Source: Alphaproteobacteria bacterium
Lineage (GTDB): Bacteria > Pseudomonadota > Alphaproteobacteria > Micavibrionales > Micavibrionaceae
Assembly (NCBI GenBank): GCA_029880245.1
Contig: JAOUOR010000003.1
Location: 824-64,823, forward strand
Direction of reading: 5' to 3'
Length of the DNA: 64,000 bases
The notes beneath the pieces were generated by a model. It was not told the origin of the DNA and made no database searches. It saw only the letters and a program-made list of their open reading frames with translations. Position numbers and translations under genes: made by a program. Positions within the stretch are counted from its first letter, which is position 1, and every line of letters starts with the position of its first letter. Positions 55,359 through 64,000 of the stretch are shown piece by piece.

Positions 55359-56753
55359 TCACTCGGCTGGAACATGAGTTCTCTTTTTTGCAATTTTGGA
55401 CGCTCCGAAAATAATAAATCCTACAGCCATGCCGGGGATAATATCCATCAGCTCTTTGCTCCATCCTAAACCATAGCGCCAGAACAGGGCTGTGGTCAGG
55501 CCGGCGAGCATCATGGTTAGGGCTGTTTTTTGTGAAATAATTTGGCCAAATAGCTGTACGAGGATAAGAGGCACGAGGGCCGAGCCTAGGCAGTTCCACG
55601 CCACTATCACAAGTTTGAGAACACCGCGATCGGCAACCATCGCAATGCTGATGGTGACTATAATGACGAAGACTGTGCCAAATCTTGCGAGCATGTATGA
55701 ATCCCTCCATTTCGGGATGATATGTTGCGTCAGGGCGGAAGAGGCTGATAGGAGCAGAGAGTCTGCAGTCGACATTGTTGCTGAGAATAATCCGGCGAGC
55801 AAAAATCCGACAAAAACAGGGGAAAGTAAATCTTCCCATAGGGCGGGGATAGAAAGCTCGGGGTCGAAATTTTCTCCACTAGGGATCATGACGCGGGCGA
55901 TCATTCCGCTTGTGCAGGCCAGCATTAAAACAATCCAGCGCCAAAGGAAGTAAATACGGCGGGCAGTGATGATGTCTCTCTCGTTGCGGGCAACCATGTG
56001 ACGAACCATAAGCTGTGGCTGTCCGAGGATGGCTACGCCAAAGGCAAACCAGCCGATAAAGACCGGAATAAATATAAATTGAAACGGGTCTGTCAGATTT
56101 TGATCAAGGGTTGTAAGCGTCTGCCACATCGTTCCAAATCCTCCGATTTCCTGAAGGCCTGCAACAATAAGGACAATCAAAGAGATCAAAATCATGAGGG
56201 ATTGAACGGCGTCTGTCCAGATTGAAGCGCGTATCCCGCCCGACCAGCAATAGGCCAAAAGCACAAGCGCGCCTATTACGACAAAATAGTTAAAGTTCCA
56301 TCCGAACAGGGCTTGTCCGATTTTCCCTCCTGTGACAAGCTGCGCCGAACAATACGTGCCCAGAAAAATAATGGTCAGAATTGCGGCTATCAACGTGACA
56401 TAAGGATGATCTTTCGGGCCAAGTTTTCCAATAAGGGAAGGGTAAGTATGGGCTTTTCTTTCTTGGGCCTTGCTTCTGATTTTATCGCCTGCGATGCGCC
56501 AGCCAACATAATCTCCGATGGTCAGAGCGGCAACCGAAACAACAGCAAGCAAGCCGGATTTGTAAGCCAGCCCCGCAAAGCCGATAAAGGTTGCGCCGCT
56601 GGATATTGTGGCTCCGAAAGAAAGGGCGACCAGCCATGCCGGAATGTTACGGCTGGCAAGGAAATAATCCTCAATTGTGTTTTTGCGCCACAGGGAAGAG
56701 GCCATGCCAATCCCTGTAAACAAACAAAAAAAGAATAGAAAACTGACGAGCAT
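55359..56753 (-). CDS. sodium:solute symporter family (SSF) transporter
   Basis: 464 aa with ~12 hydrophobic helices and an N-terminal pattern typical of PutP/PanF-like SSF proteins (DYFLASRNIPAW..ATISSGATFIG). Substrate unknown. Confidence 0.8.
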   Translation of the reverse strand: MLVSFLFFFCLFTGIGMASSLWRKNTIEDYFLASRNIPAWLVALSFGATISSGATFIGFAGLAYKSGLLAVVSVAALTIGDYVGWRIAGDKIRSKAQERKAHTYPSLIGKLGPKDHPYVTLIAAILTIIFLGTYCSAQLVTGGKIGQALFGWNFNYFVVIGALVLLAYCWSGGIRASIWTDAVQSLMILISLIVLIVAGLQEIGGFGTMWQTLTTLDQNLTDPFQFIFIPVFIGWFAFGVAILGQPQLMVRHMVARNERDIITARRIYFLWRWIVLMLACTSGMIARVMIPSGENFDPELSIPALWEDLLSPVFVGFLLAGLFSATMSTADSLLLSASSALTQHIIPKWRDSYMLARFGTVFVIIVTISIAMVADRGVLKLVIVAWNCLGSALVPLILVQLFGQIISQKTALTMMLAGLTTALFWRYGLGWSKELMDIIPGMAVGFIIFGASKIAKKRTHVPAE

Positions 56754-56873
56754 CTCTATAGAGCCTTGAATGCGTGTATAAAGAAATCACAAATACCAAA
56801 TATAAAAGGATAAATCCAGTGAGATAAGGGTTTTGATTGGCGCGACTCGAAAAGGGTTGATATTCTTATATCC

Positions 56874-57146
56874 ATGAATGATGCAGAAGTTATGGAAGTC
56901 GCACAGCAGGCTATATTGATTACGGTGCAAGTCAGTTTGCCGGTTTTACTGGTTGGATTGGTTGTTGGTGTGGCGATTGCGCTTGTGCAGGCTTTGACAC
57001 AAGTTCAGGAAATGACGTTGGTCTTTGTGCCGAAAATCGTGGCGATTTTTATGGCGATGTTTTTCTTTCTGCCTGCCATGATGCGCACTTTGGTGGTCTT
57101 TATGGAAGCCCTTGCCGAGCGGATTATCACTGGTGGCGGCGGATAG
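56874..57146 (+). CDS. fliQ: flagellar export apparatus protein FliQ
   Basis: 90 aa with two TM helices. A typical FliQ sequence (..PVLLVGLVVGVAIALVQALTQVQEMTL.FVPKI). Confidence 0.9.
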   Translation: MNDAEVMEVAQQAILITVQVSLPVLLVGLVVGVAIALVQALTQVQEMTLVFVPKIVAIFMAMFFFLPAMMRTLVVFMEALAERIITGGGG

Positions 57147-57160
57147 GGTAAAGGTGAGCT

Positions 57161-57937
57161 ATGCAAAGCGCACTCGAAACTTTCCTTAGTGGTATGGCTT
57201 TGGCCTATATGTTGACTTTTGCGCGCATTGGTACGGCGGCGATGATTATGCCCGGGATTGGCGATAGCTTTGTACCCGAGCGCATCAGGCTGCACTTATC
57301 CTTGGGACTTTCTCTGGTTATGTTTCCGATTGTCTGGCAGTACTTACCTGATCCTGCTCCGGCAGGGGTGTCTCTCATGGCTTTGGTGGCGATGGAGGTT
57401 ATTATAGGCCTGATGATTGGTACTGTTGCACGGATTTTTATGACGGCACTGGATACGGCAGGCATGGCAATATCTATGCAATCCGGTCTTGCCAATGCGC
57501 AAGTCTTTAATCCGTCACTGGCGCAGCAAGGCTCTATTATCGGGGCGTTTTTATCGGTCACAGGTGTTGTGCTTTTGTTTTCTTTGAATATGCATCATTT
57601 GTTGATTATGGGCGTCGTGGATAGTTATAATAAATTTCCAATGGGTGAGCTTCCTGATACAGGCGGCATGGCAGAGGTGATTGCCATGTCTGTTGCGGCG
57701 GCGTTTTCGATCGGGATGCAGCTTGCCGCACCGTTTCTTGTGATGACACTTTTGATGTACGTCGGAATGGGCGTTCTTTCACGATTGATGCCACAAGTGC
57801 AGGTATTTTTGCTTGTAATTCCCTTGCAGATTTTATTATCGGTAATGCTTTTGGGTATTGTGATGCTGACGCTGTTTTATCACTGGGCAGGCTGGTTCGA
57901 GGAATCTTTTGTGTTCTTTATCTCGATGGGGCAATAA
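57161..57937 (+). CDS. fliR: flagellar export apparatus protein FliR
   Basis: 258-aa polytopic membrane protein between fliQ and flhB, with an FliR-like pattern (FARIGTAAMIMPGIG). Confidence 0.85.
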   Translation: MQSALETFLSGMALAYMLTFARIGTAAMIMPGIGDSFVPERIRLHLSLGLSLVMFPIVWQYLPDPAPAGVSLMALVAMEVIIGLMIGTVARIFMTALDTAGMAISMQSGLANAQVFNPSLAQQGSIIGAFLSVTGVVLLFSLNMHHLLIMGVVDSYNKFPMGELPDTGGMAEVIAMSVAAAFSIGMQLAAPFLVMTLLMYVGMGVLSRLMPQVQVFLLVIPLQILLSVMLLGIVMLTLFYHWAGWFEESFVFFISMGQ

Positions 57938-57946
57938 GAGGAAATT

Positions 57947-59023
57947 ATGGCCGAAGAAGACCAGACCGACGATAGTCAGAAGACCGAAGACCCCACCCCC
58001 AAGAAGCTTGAGGAAGCGAGGAAGAAGGGGCAGGTAGCGCTGTCGCGTGAGGTGAATAACTGGGTAATGCTTATGGCTGGGACCCTTATTATTGCTGTGT
58101 TTTCAAGCCAGATGTTTTTAAGTCTGGGTGGCATGATGCAATCTATGATAGAGCAATCTTATATGTTACCCGGAGCGCCCGGTGGTATTGGAAAGGTTCT
58201 CAGCGGAACGTTGTTTCAGGTGATGTTTATAATGGCACTGCCGATTATTATTTTAATTCTGGCTGCTTTTTTTGCGCCCTTCCTTCAGGTTGGACCTTTA
58301 TTTGCGCCCGAAGCTGTCAAACCTGATTTGAGTAAAATTTCACTTTCCAAAGGTATGCAGCGCCTGTTTTCGATGCGCTCGCTCATGGAGTTTGCCAAGG
58401 GTCTGTTCAAAATCGGCGCGATTGGGCTCGTGGGGTTTATCATCCTTTACCCTTATTTTGATAAATTCGAGCATATGATTGATATGTCGATGGGTGGCGT
58501 TTTAGTTGAACTGAGAATTCTGGTTGTCAAATTGATGGTAGGCGTTCTGGTTGCTTTGATGATTATTGCGGTGGCAGACCTTGTCTATCAGCACTACGAA
58601 TATAACAAGAAAATGCGCATGAGCCGTCAGGAAATCAAGGATGAATACAAGCAATCGGAAGGCGATCCGCAAGTGCGGGCAAAACTGCGACAGCTTCGGG
58701 CGGAGCGTTCTCGGCAGCGTATGATGCAGGCCGTTCCTGGTGCTGATGTGGTTATCACAAACCCGACCCACTATTCCATTGCCCTGAAATATGATCCTGA
58801 TGAAATGCCTGCGCCTGTGGTTGTTGCCAAAGGGATTGATGATATTGCTTTGCGTATCAGAGAAGTGGCCAAAGAAAATGATATCATCCTTTATGAGAAC
58901 AAACCATTGGCTCGCGTTTTGTATGACACGGTAGAAATTGACGAGACGATCCCGATCGAGCACTTTAAGGCCGTAGCCGAAATTATTTCCTATGTTTTCA
59001 AATTGAAAGGTAAGTTAAACTAG
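57947..59023 (+). CDS. flhB: flagellar export apparatus switch protein FlhB
   Basis: N-terminal EDPTPKKLEEARKKGQVA.SRE, four TM helices, and the autocleavage motif NPTH (VITNPTHYSIAL). Confidence 0.9.
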   Translation: MAEEDQTDDSQKTEDPTPKKLEEARKKGQVALSREVNNWVMLMAGTLIIAVFSSQMFLSLGGMMQSMIEQSYMLPGAPGGIGKVLSGTLFQVMFIMALPIIILILAAFFAPFLQVGPLFAPEAVKPDLSKISLSKGMQRLFSMRSLMEFAKGLFKIGAIGLVGFIILYPYFDKFEHMIDMSMGGVLVELRILVVKLMVGVLVALMIIAVADLVYQHYEYNKKMRMSRQEIKDEYKQSEGDPQVRAKLRQLRAERSRQRMMQAVPGADVVITNPTHYSIALKYDPDEMPAPVVVAKGIDDIALRIREVAKENDIILYENKPLARVLYDTVEIDETIPIEHFKAVAEIISYVFKLKGKLN

Positions 59024-59027
59024 TTTT

Positions 59028-59999
59028 ATGGATGATGGCATTATACATGGCTGTTCAATTGAGGGAGATGGCTCAGGTCAAAATCTTGAAGGTAAAGCAT
59101 TATCTGCATTGATCAAAGATGACAAGCTGGCTTGGGTGCATCTTGATGCTAATGATCCTGCGACCGAAATCTGGCTGAAAAGGGAGTTATCCTATCTGGA
59201 TGACATTATCATTGATGCTTTGCTGGAAGATGAAACACGTCCGCGTATTTTGGAATTCGGGGAAGGCGTGTTGATGATTTTGCGCGGTGTTAATTTGAAT
59301 GAAAACGCGCAGCCTGAAGATATGATTTCGATCCGTTTATGGATTGATAAGCATCGGATTATAAGTATTCAGCGTCGTAAGCTTAAAGCTGTGGGGGATA
59401 TTCAGGCTCTCTTGATGGAAGGCAAGGGAGCAAAAAATTCTGGAGATTTTGTAGTTATGTTGCTGGAGCATTTGTTTGATCGTATGGAACCTGTTTTTCT
59501 GGGGCTAGATGAAGTGCTGGATGATATCGAAGAAGACATGGTTGATGGAACGGCGCATGACCAGCGTTATGTGATTGCCAATATTCGAAAACAAGCCATA
59601 GTTTTCAAGCGTTATATTACCCCGCAGCGTGACGTAATTGCTCAACTTCGCCGTGACGAACTGGAATGGCTGGATGATATGCATAAAAGGAAATTACAGG
59701 AAATTCTGGATATGATTATTCGCTATATTGAAGATCTGGATATGTTGCGGGAGCGTGCCCAGATTATCAAGGATGAGATTTCCAACATCTATGCGGACCG
59801 GATGAACCGGAATATGTATGTGCTGTCAGTAATTGCTGCAATCTTCCTGCCTTTAGGGTTTTTAACCGGATTACTGGGTATAAATGTCGGTGGTATTCCA
59901 GGGGCAAATAATCCAGCGGCATTCCTGATTTTCTGCGGGATATTGGTCGCTTTGGTTATAGGGCAGATTGCTCTGTTTAAAAAGATGAAGTGGTTTTAA
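59028..59999 (+). CDS. zntB: CorA-superfamily zinc transporter ZntB-like
   Basis: Two C-terminal TM helices with LTGLLGINVGGIPG (the ZntB-type GxN motif). 323 aa. Confidence 0.75.
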   Translation: MDDGIIHGCSIEGDGSGQNLEGKALSALIKDDKLAWVHLDANDPATEIWLKRELSYLDDIIIDALLEDETRPRILEFGEGVLMILRGVNLNENAQPEDMISIRLWIDKHRIISIQRRKLKAVGDIQALLMEGKGAKNSGDFVVMLLEHLFDRMEPVFLGLDEVLDDIEEDMVDGTAHDQRYVIANIRKQAIVFKRYITPQRDVIAQLRRDELEWLDDMHKRKLQEILDMIIRYIEDLDMLRERAQIIKDEISNIYADRMNRNMYVLSVIAAIFLPLGFLTGLLGINVGGIPGANNPAAFLIFCGILVALVIGQIALFKKMKWF

Positions 60000-60256
60000 G
60001 TATCAAATTCCTTCAACTCTTTAAGCTCTTTGCGCAGATTAGCTTTGCGAAGGCGTTTCTTGAGTATGCGTTCTTCGCGGTCACCGCCTTTATAAATCGT
60101 AATAAGGGATAAAATTGCGGGAACAGCCAGTAATAGTGCAAAGTGACGACCGCTACCATAGGGTTGTGCGAACACAAAAAGAGCAAATAAGAGTAATCCA
60201 ATATTTGCCAGAATAGTTAAATAGTAAAAAATGCAGGTTTTCATAGCGTGTCCCAA
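59996..60256 (-). CDS. small hypothetical membrane protein
   Basis: 86 aa with two hydrophobic helices and a basic tail. Convergent 4-nt overlap with the zntB-like stop. Confidence 0.4.
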   Translation of the reverse strand: MGHAMKTCIFYYLTILANIGLLLFALFVFAQPYGSGRHFALLLAVPAILSLITIYKGGDREERILKKRLRKANLRKELKELKEFDT

Positions 60257-60307
60257 ATCTAATTGTTATAAGTGATGCTATCATATTCTTTCTAAGAGGA
60301 CCAGATT

Positions 60308-62002
60308 ATGAAACGTTCCATATTTTTCTTTACACTTTCCCTGATTTTTATACCTGTAACGGCAGCATTCGCCGAGGATATTATTGTTGATAGCAAAATT
60401 ATTGCAGCAACAGTCTATAATGATCGCGCAGCTGTGAAGCGAGAAGGTAAAGTCAAAATTCCGAGCGGGGCACATAATATTGTCTTTAAGGGTATTCCGG
60501 TGAGTATCTATCCCGATTCTTTGAGGGCGGAAGGTTCAAGTGTTGCCAATGTGGTTTTTGGCGCAGTTTCTCATAAAAGAGAGAGTTTCGAGGATTATGT
60601 TGTTCCCCGTGAGAAAGAATTAAACGATAAACTAAAGACTTTGCAAGATAAGCGCCGTCTTGAATATGCCGAAAAACAGGCTCTGGCATCAGGGAAAACG
60701 TTTCTTGATAATCTGGCCAAACAGGCCTCTTTGAGGGAGAACGAAGAAATAGCCAAAATGGAGCTCAATACGGAGAGTTGGAGCGGGGCGGTGGATGTTA
60801 TTTTCACGAAAATTGCAGAGAATTTGAAGGCTGATATCGCGCAGGATATTAAAATCCGTGACATTGATGATGAAATTAACAAGATCAATAATGAACTCCG
60901 TGAGCTTCGTACAGGACAAAAACAAAGTTTCGAGGTGACTCTTCCCTTTGAATCCGATAAGGCTGCCGAGCTTACGGTTAGTCTTATTTATCAAATCCCG
61001 AGTGTAAGCTGGCAGCCTGTCTATGATGCACGTCTTGATGTAAAAAGCGGGAAGTTGAATCTTGTGCAATATGGTTCTGTAGGGCAACTCACAGGTGAAG
61101 ACTGGGAAGATGTGGCCTTGACATTATCAACGGCTCGTCCAAGTCGAGGTGCAGGATTGCCAGATTTAGAGCCACAATGGGTTTCACTATATGAGAATAT
61201 GCCTATGAAGGGTAGAGGTTATGGAGACGCAACACCTGCGTACATTATGGCAGTTGAAGAAAAGAATGAAGATTCTTTGGAAAGAGCTATAACCATGGGC
61301 AGTTCGGCAATACCTGTTCCGGAGGCGCCTAAGGCAAAAGAGGCGAGTTTTCAATCTGCACAGATTGATACGGGTGGATTTGTCTCTGAATATAAGATCA
61401 CAGGGCCAAGTACTGTGAAAGCTGATGGCACGAAAGCCAAATTACTGGTCGGCAGCTTTGAAGTTGATAATAAACTCCAGATTCAGATTAAGCCAAAATT
61501 TGGTACAGATGCTTATCTTGTGGCCATGGCAACCCTAAAGGGTGAAGCGCCGATCTTGCCGGGGCAGGTTAATTTGTTCCGTGACGGGGCCTATATCGGG
61601 CAGAGCTACACCAAAATGCTGCGCCCCGGTGATGAAACCAATCTGGCCTTCGGGATTGACGATAATGTTGTCGTAACGCGTAATACACTTAAGGATGAGA
61701 GAAGCGAAGCCGGTTTGATTTCCAAGGAAAGCCAAATTACGCGCAGCTTTGTCACCGAGATTAAAAATCTACACAAAGAACCTGTCGAGATTGCTTTGCT
61801 TGATAACGTCCCCGTTTCCAAGGATGAGCGCATTCGTGTGGAGGTCCTGAAGGATGAAACGACGCAGGGTTATCAATCCGATGTGGATGATAAAAAAGGT
61901 GTTTTGCAATGGGTCAAGAAATACAAGCCTTCGGAAGAGATTAAAATTAATCTGGGGTGGCGTGTGAGCTGGCCAAAAGATCAAAATATATCAGGGCTGT
62001 AG
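60308..62002 (+). CDS. DUF4139/DUF4140 (MuiA-like) domain protein, secreted
   Basis: Signal peptide (..IPVTAAFA|ED). N-terminal IIAATVYNDRAAVKREGKV, a central coiled coil and a C-terminal beta-rich region, as in the mucoidy-inhibitor-A-like family (from memory). Confidence 0.6.
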   Translation: MKRSIFFFTLSLIFIPVTAAFAEDIIVDSKIIAATVYNDRAAVKREGKVKIPSGAHNIVFKGIPVSIYPDSLRAEGSSVANVVFGAVSHKRESFEDYVVPREKELNDKLKTLQDKRRLEYAEKQALASGKTFLDNLAKQASLRENEEIAKMELNTESWSGAVDVIFTKIAENLKADIAQDIKIRDIDDEINKINNELRELRTGQKQSFEVTLPFESDKAAELTVSLIYQIPSVSWQPVYDARLDVKSGKLNLVQYGSVGQLTGEDWEDVALTLSTARPSRGAGLPDLEPQWVSLYENMPMKGRGYGDATPAYIMAVEEKNEDSLERAITMGSSAIPVPEAPKAKEASFQSAQIDTGGFVSEYKITGPSTVKADGTKAKLLVGSFEVDNKLQIQIKPKFGTDAYLVAMATLKGEAPILPGQVNLFRDGAYIGQSYTKMLRPGDETNLAFGIDDNVVVTRNTLKDERSEAGLISKESQITRSFVTEIKNLHKEPVEIALLDNVPVSKDERIRVEVLKDETTQGYQSDVDDKKGVLQWVKKYKPSEEIKINLGWRVSWPKDQNISGL

Positions 62003-62065
62003 AGCTTGTTTGTTCGTGTATCGGGGCTTGTCGGGATTGTCCGTATGTGAGATGATCCTATAGTC

Positions 62066-64000
62066 ATGAAAATAGATTACACCAACTTTATTCTGAAACA
62101 TCATAAAACGCCATCTTCCCGTCATAAACCGGATGAAAATCGCAAGGCGTTAAACCTTGCTATGGTGTTTTCTATATTGGCTTTGTACTTTGTTGTGATG
62201 GTCTATGTTGTCCACATTGCGCATGTGGATTCAACCACAATTATCATTTCCATTTTAGTTTTTTTTACGGCGACTCTTGTCGCGTTTGCTGCGAAACGTT
62301 ATCAGACCTTGCAGGTTTCACAGGAAGACGAGCTTATATTGCTTAAGGAGGTTTTGGAAGGTAGCCGCGGCGGGCGTTTGATTACAAGCGACTCTGATCA
62401 GACATTATATTATAACCAAAATTTTGTTGAGCATGTCGGAGCGGAAGCAAATTTCAATGCTTTACTTACGATGTTTGAAGGCAATGAAGAAGCCAAAGCT
62501 TTGTTCAATACGTTATCGGATCAGGCGCATAGAGGGCTAACTGATTCTATTGAGTTGTATTGTGATAAAGAAAAAAAAGAAGGGTGGTATCAGGTTTCGG
62601 CCCAACCTGTGACAGGGCACCCCGGTTATATTCACTGGAGAATTGATGATATTACGCAAAGGCGCATGGCTAATCGGGCCGCTGAAGAAGAGCGCGAGAA
62701 GCTGACTGATTTTATCGATAATGCGCCTGTTGGCTTTTTTTCTGTAGATGAGAAGGGCCGTTTTGTTTTTGCCAATGCGACTTTAGCGCGGTGGTTGAGT
62801 GAGGATTTAACGGTTCTATTAAATTCCGGCAAGCTGCATACTTATATTGAAAACCCTCCGGAAAGAGCTGCGCCCTATGATATTATAGATGGCGGCGGTG
62901 GCAAGCAAATTACCGAGCTGACTATGAAGGGGCAGGGCGGAAAGACGTTTTTGGCTTCGATCAATCAAGGTGTCGTATTTGACCGAGATGGGCATGTACG
63001 GACAAGGGGGGTTGTGCATGATCTGACTTCGGAGCGAGAGATGCACAAAGCCTTGCAGGCATCAGAAGATCGATTCAGACGATTTTATGATGAGGCTCCA
63101 TTGGGAATTGTTCTGGTTAATCAGGATGGCTTGATCGAGGATTGCAATAGTGAATTTGCCCGTATGATGGGGCAGAGCACAGATGAGCTTTTAAAAAAGC
63201 ACTTTAAGTTATTGATTGATGATAGTGCCCGTGATGCGGTCATTGATGCTATGAAAGCCATGCAGCAGGGCGAGCAGATGGAAGAAGCTCTGGAAGTTCC
63301 TTTGAACGGGAAAAACCGCAAGGTCACAGCGCAGCTCCACGCACGGCGTTTCAAGGGTAGTGAAAGTATCGTACTGCACTTCATAGATATTACAGACAAA
63401 AAATCACTGGAAGAACAGTTTGTACAGTCCCAGAAAATGCAGGCTGTGGGGCAACTGGCCGGCGGGATTGCACATGACTTTAATAATTTGCTGACCGCGA
63501 TTATCGGATTTTGTGATTTGCTCTTGCTGCGACATAAGCCAGGCGATTCTTCCTTTGGCGATATTATGCAGATCAAGCAAAACTCCAATCGTGCCGCTAA
63601 TCTCGTGCGGCAGCTTCTGGCTTTTTCGCGGCAGCAGACCTTGCGCCAGCGTGTCCATGATATCACAGATATTCTGACCGAGCTTTCTCATCTTTTGCGC
63701 CGTTTAATTGGATCAAATATAGAGTTGGAAATTGTACACGGTTCCGATCTGGGGCTTGTCAAGGTTGATGAAGGACAAATGGAGCAAGTGCTGATTAATC
63801 TGGCGGTTAATGCCCGTGATGCGATGGAAGGGCTTGGCGGGAATGGAAAATTGGTTATCAGCACGAAAAACTATACCAATAAGAAGAAGCGTAAGATCAA
63901 TAACGAGGATATGCCTCCGGGGCATTGGGTTTTGATTGAAGTGGAGGATAATGGTTGCGGTATTTCGGAAGAAAATATGGGCCGCATTCTGGAGCCGTTT
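62066..64000 (+). CDS. cckA: cell-cycle histidine kinase CckA-like (5' partial, runs off the window)
   Basis: I translated the frame by hand from ATG 62066 with no stop to 64000; it is absent from the track because it has no stop. Two N-terminal TM helices, PAS regions (FIDNAPVGFFSVDEKGRFVFANATLARWL; FYDEAPLGIVLVNQDGLI), the H-box QSQKMQAVGQLAGGIAHDFNNLLTAI, and the N-box INLAVNARDAM. Confidence 0.75.
   Translation, partial: MKIDYTNFILKHHKTPSSRHKPDENRKALNLAMVFSILALYFVVMVYVVHIAHVDSTTIIISILVFFTATLVAFAAKRYQTLQVSQEDELILLKEVLEGSRGGRLITSDSDQTLYYNQNFVEHVGAEANFNALLTMFEGNEEAKALFNTLSDQAHRGLTDSIELYCDKEKKEGWYQVSAQPVTGHPGYIHWRIDDITQRRMANRAAEEEREKLTDFIDNAPVGFFSVDEKGRFVFANATLARWLSEDLTVLLNSGKLHTYIENPPERAAPYDIIDGGGGKQITELTMKGQGGKTFLASINQGVVFDRDGHVRTRGVVHDLTSEREMHKALQASEDRFRRFYDEAPLGIVLVNQDGLIEDCNSEFARMMGQSTDELLKKHFKLLIDDSARDAVIDAMKAMQQGEQMEEALEVPLNGKNRKVTAQLHARRFKGSESIVLHFIDITDKKSLEEQFVQSQKMQAVGQLAGGIAHDFNNLLTAIIGFCDLLLLRHKPGDSSFGDIMQIKQNSNRAANLVRQLLAFSRQQTLRQRVHDITDILTELSHLLRRLIGSNIELEIVHGSDLGLVKVDEGQMEQVLINLAVNARDAMEGLGGNGKLVISTKNYTNKKKRKINNEDMPPGHWVLIEVEDNGCGISEENMGRILEPF

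Noticed and set aside
1-64000. CRISPR arrays, rRNA genes, group II introns, prophage structural genes
   Set aside because: No regularly spaced direct repeats with unique spacers, no rRNA-like sequence, no reverse-transcriptase/maturase ORF, and no capsid/tail/terminase-like ORFs were seen on either strand.

Overview
This is a chromosomal window from a moderately AT-rich alphaproteobacterium. Alpha-type markers are a CckA-like PAS/HisKA kinase, an olsB-olsA pair, a DUF3126 protein, a class II DAHP synthase and a waaA-lpxK-lpxL operon. The genus cannot be named from the sequence alone. Most of the window is housekeeping: sixA-like/rnd, aspS, rpsD, trmJ-like, gltX, yaaA, nadE, DAHP synthase, Kdo/lipid A genes, ornithine-lipid genes, an LMW tyrosine phosphatase, uvrA, a GGDEF protein, ssb, gyrA and coaD. 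After the accessory block come mazG, ugpQ-like, a sodium:solute symporter, fliQ-fliR-flhB, zntB-like, a DUF4139 protein and the 5' part of cckA. A ~17-kb accessory block sits between two convergent tRNA genes, tRNA-Lys(UUU) at 34428..34503 (+) and tRNA-Arg(ACG) at 51820..51896 (-). It holds an RTX/VWA type I secretion substrate and a ~14.7-kb integrative mobilizable element (IME). The IME has a MobC-like RHH protein, a MOBQ-type relaxase, a candidate oriT, a VirD4/TraG-type coupling protein without an N-terminal membrane anchor, and a large serine recombinase whose ORF ends inside the tRNA-Arg gene. The best candidate for an undescribed system is AT-rich cargo inside this IME. It is a class-II Fic gene (41059..42129) followed 22 nt later by an 877-aa multidomain protein read by eye as GNAT-PIN-GNAT-ASCH-ASCH (42152..44785). 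That pair is flanked by phased direct repeats, strong hairpins, and an RHH-like/HTH-protein gene pair. Other notable observations follow. A short palindromic MITE-like element is inserted in frame in uvrA, with a second copy between gltX and yaaA. One protein matches the eukaryote-type class I cyclic-nucleotide phosphodiesterase signature. A tandem triplication of a two-gene cassette (small soluble protein plus single-pass membrane protein) lies at 139..1437. Two divergent cysteine-rich secreted paralogs lie in a three-gene secreted-protein cluster. No rRNA genes or CRISPR arrays were seen. All domain calls come from reading motifs by eye, and none were checked against databases.
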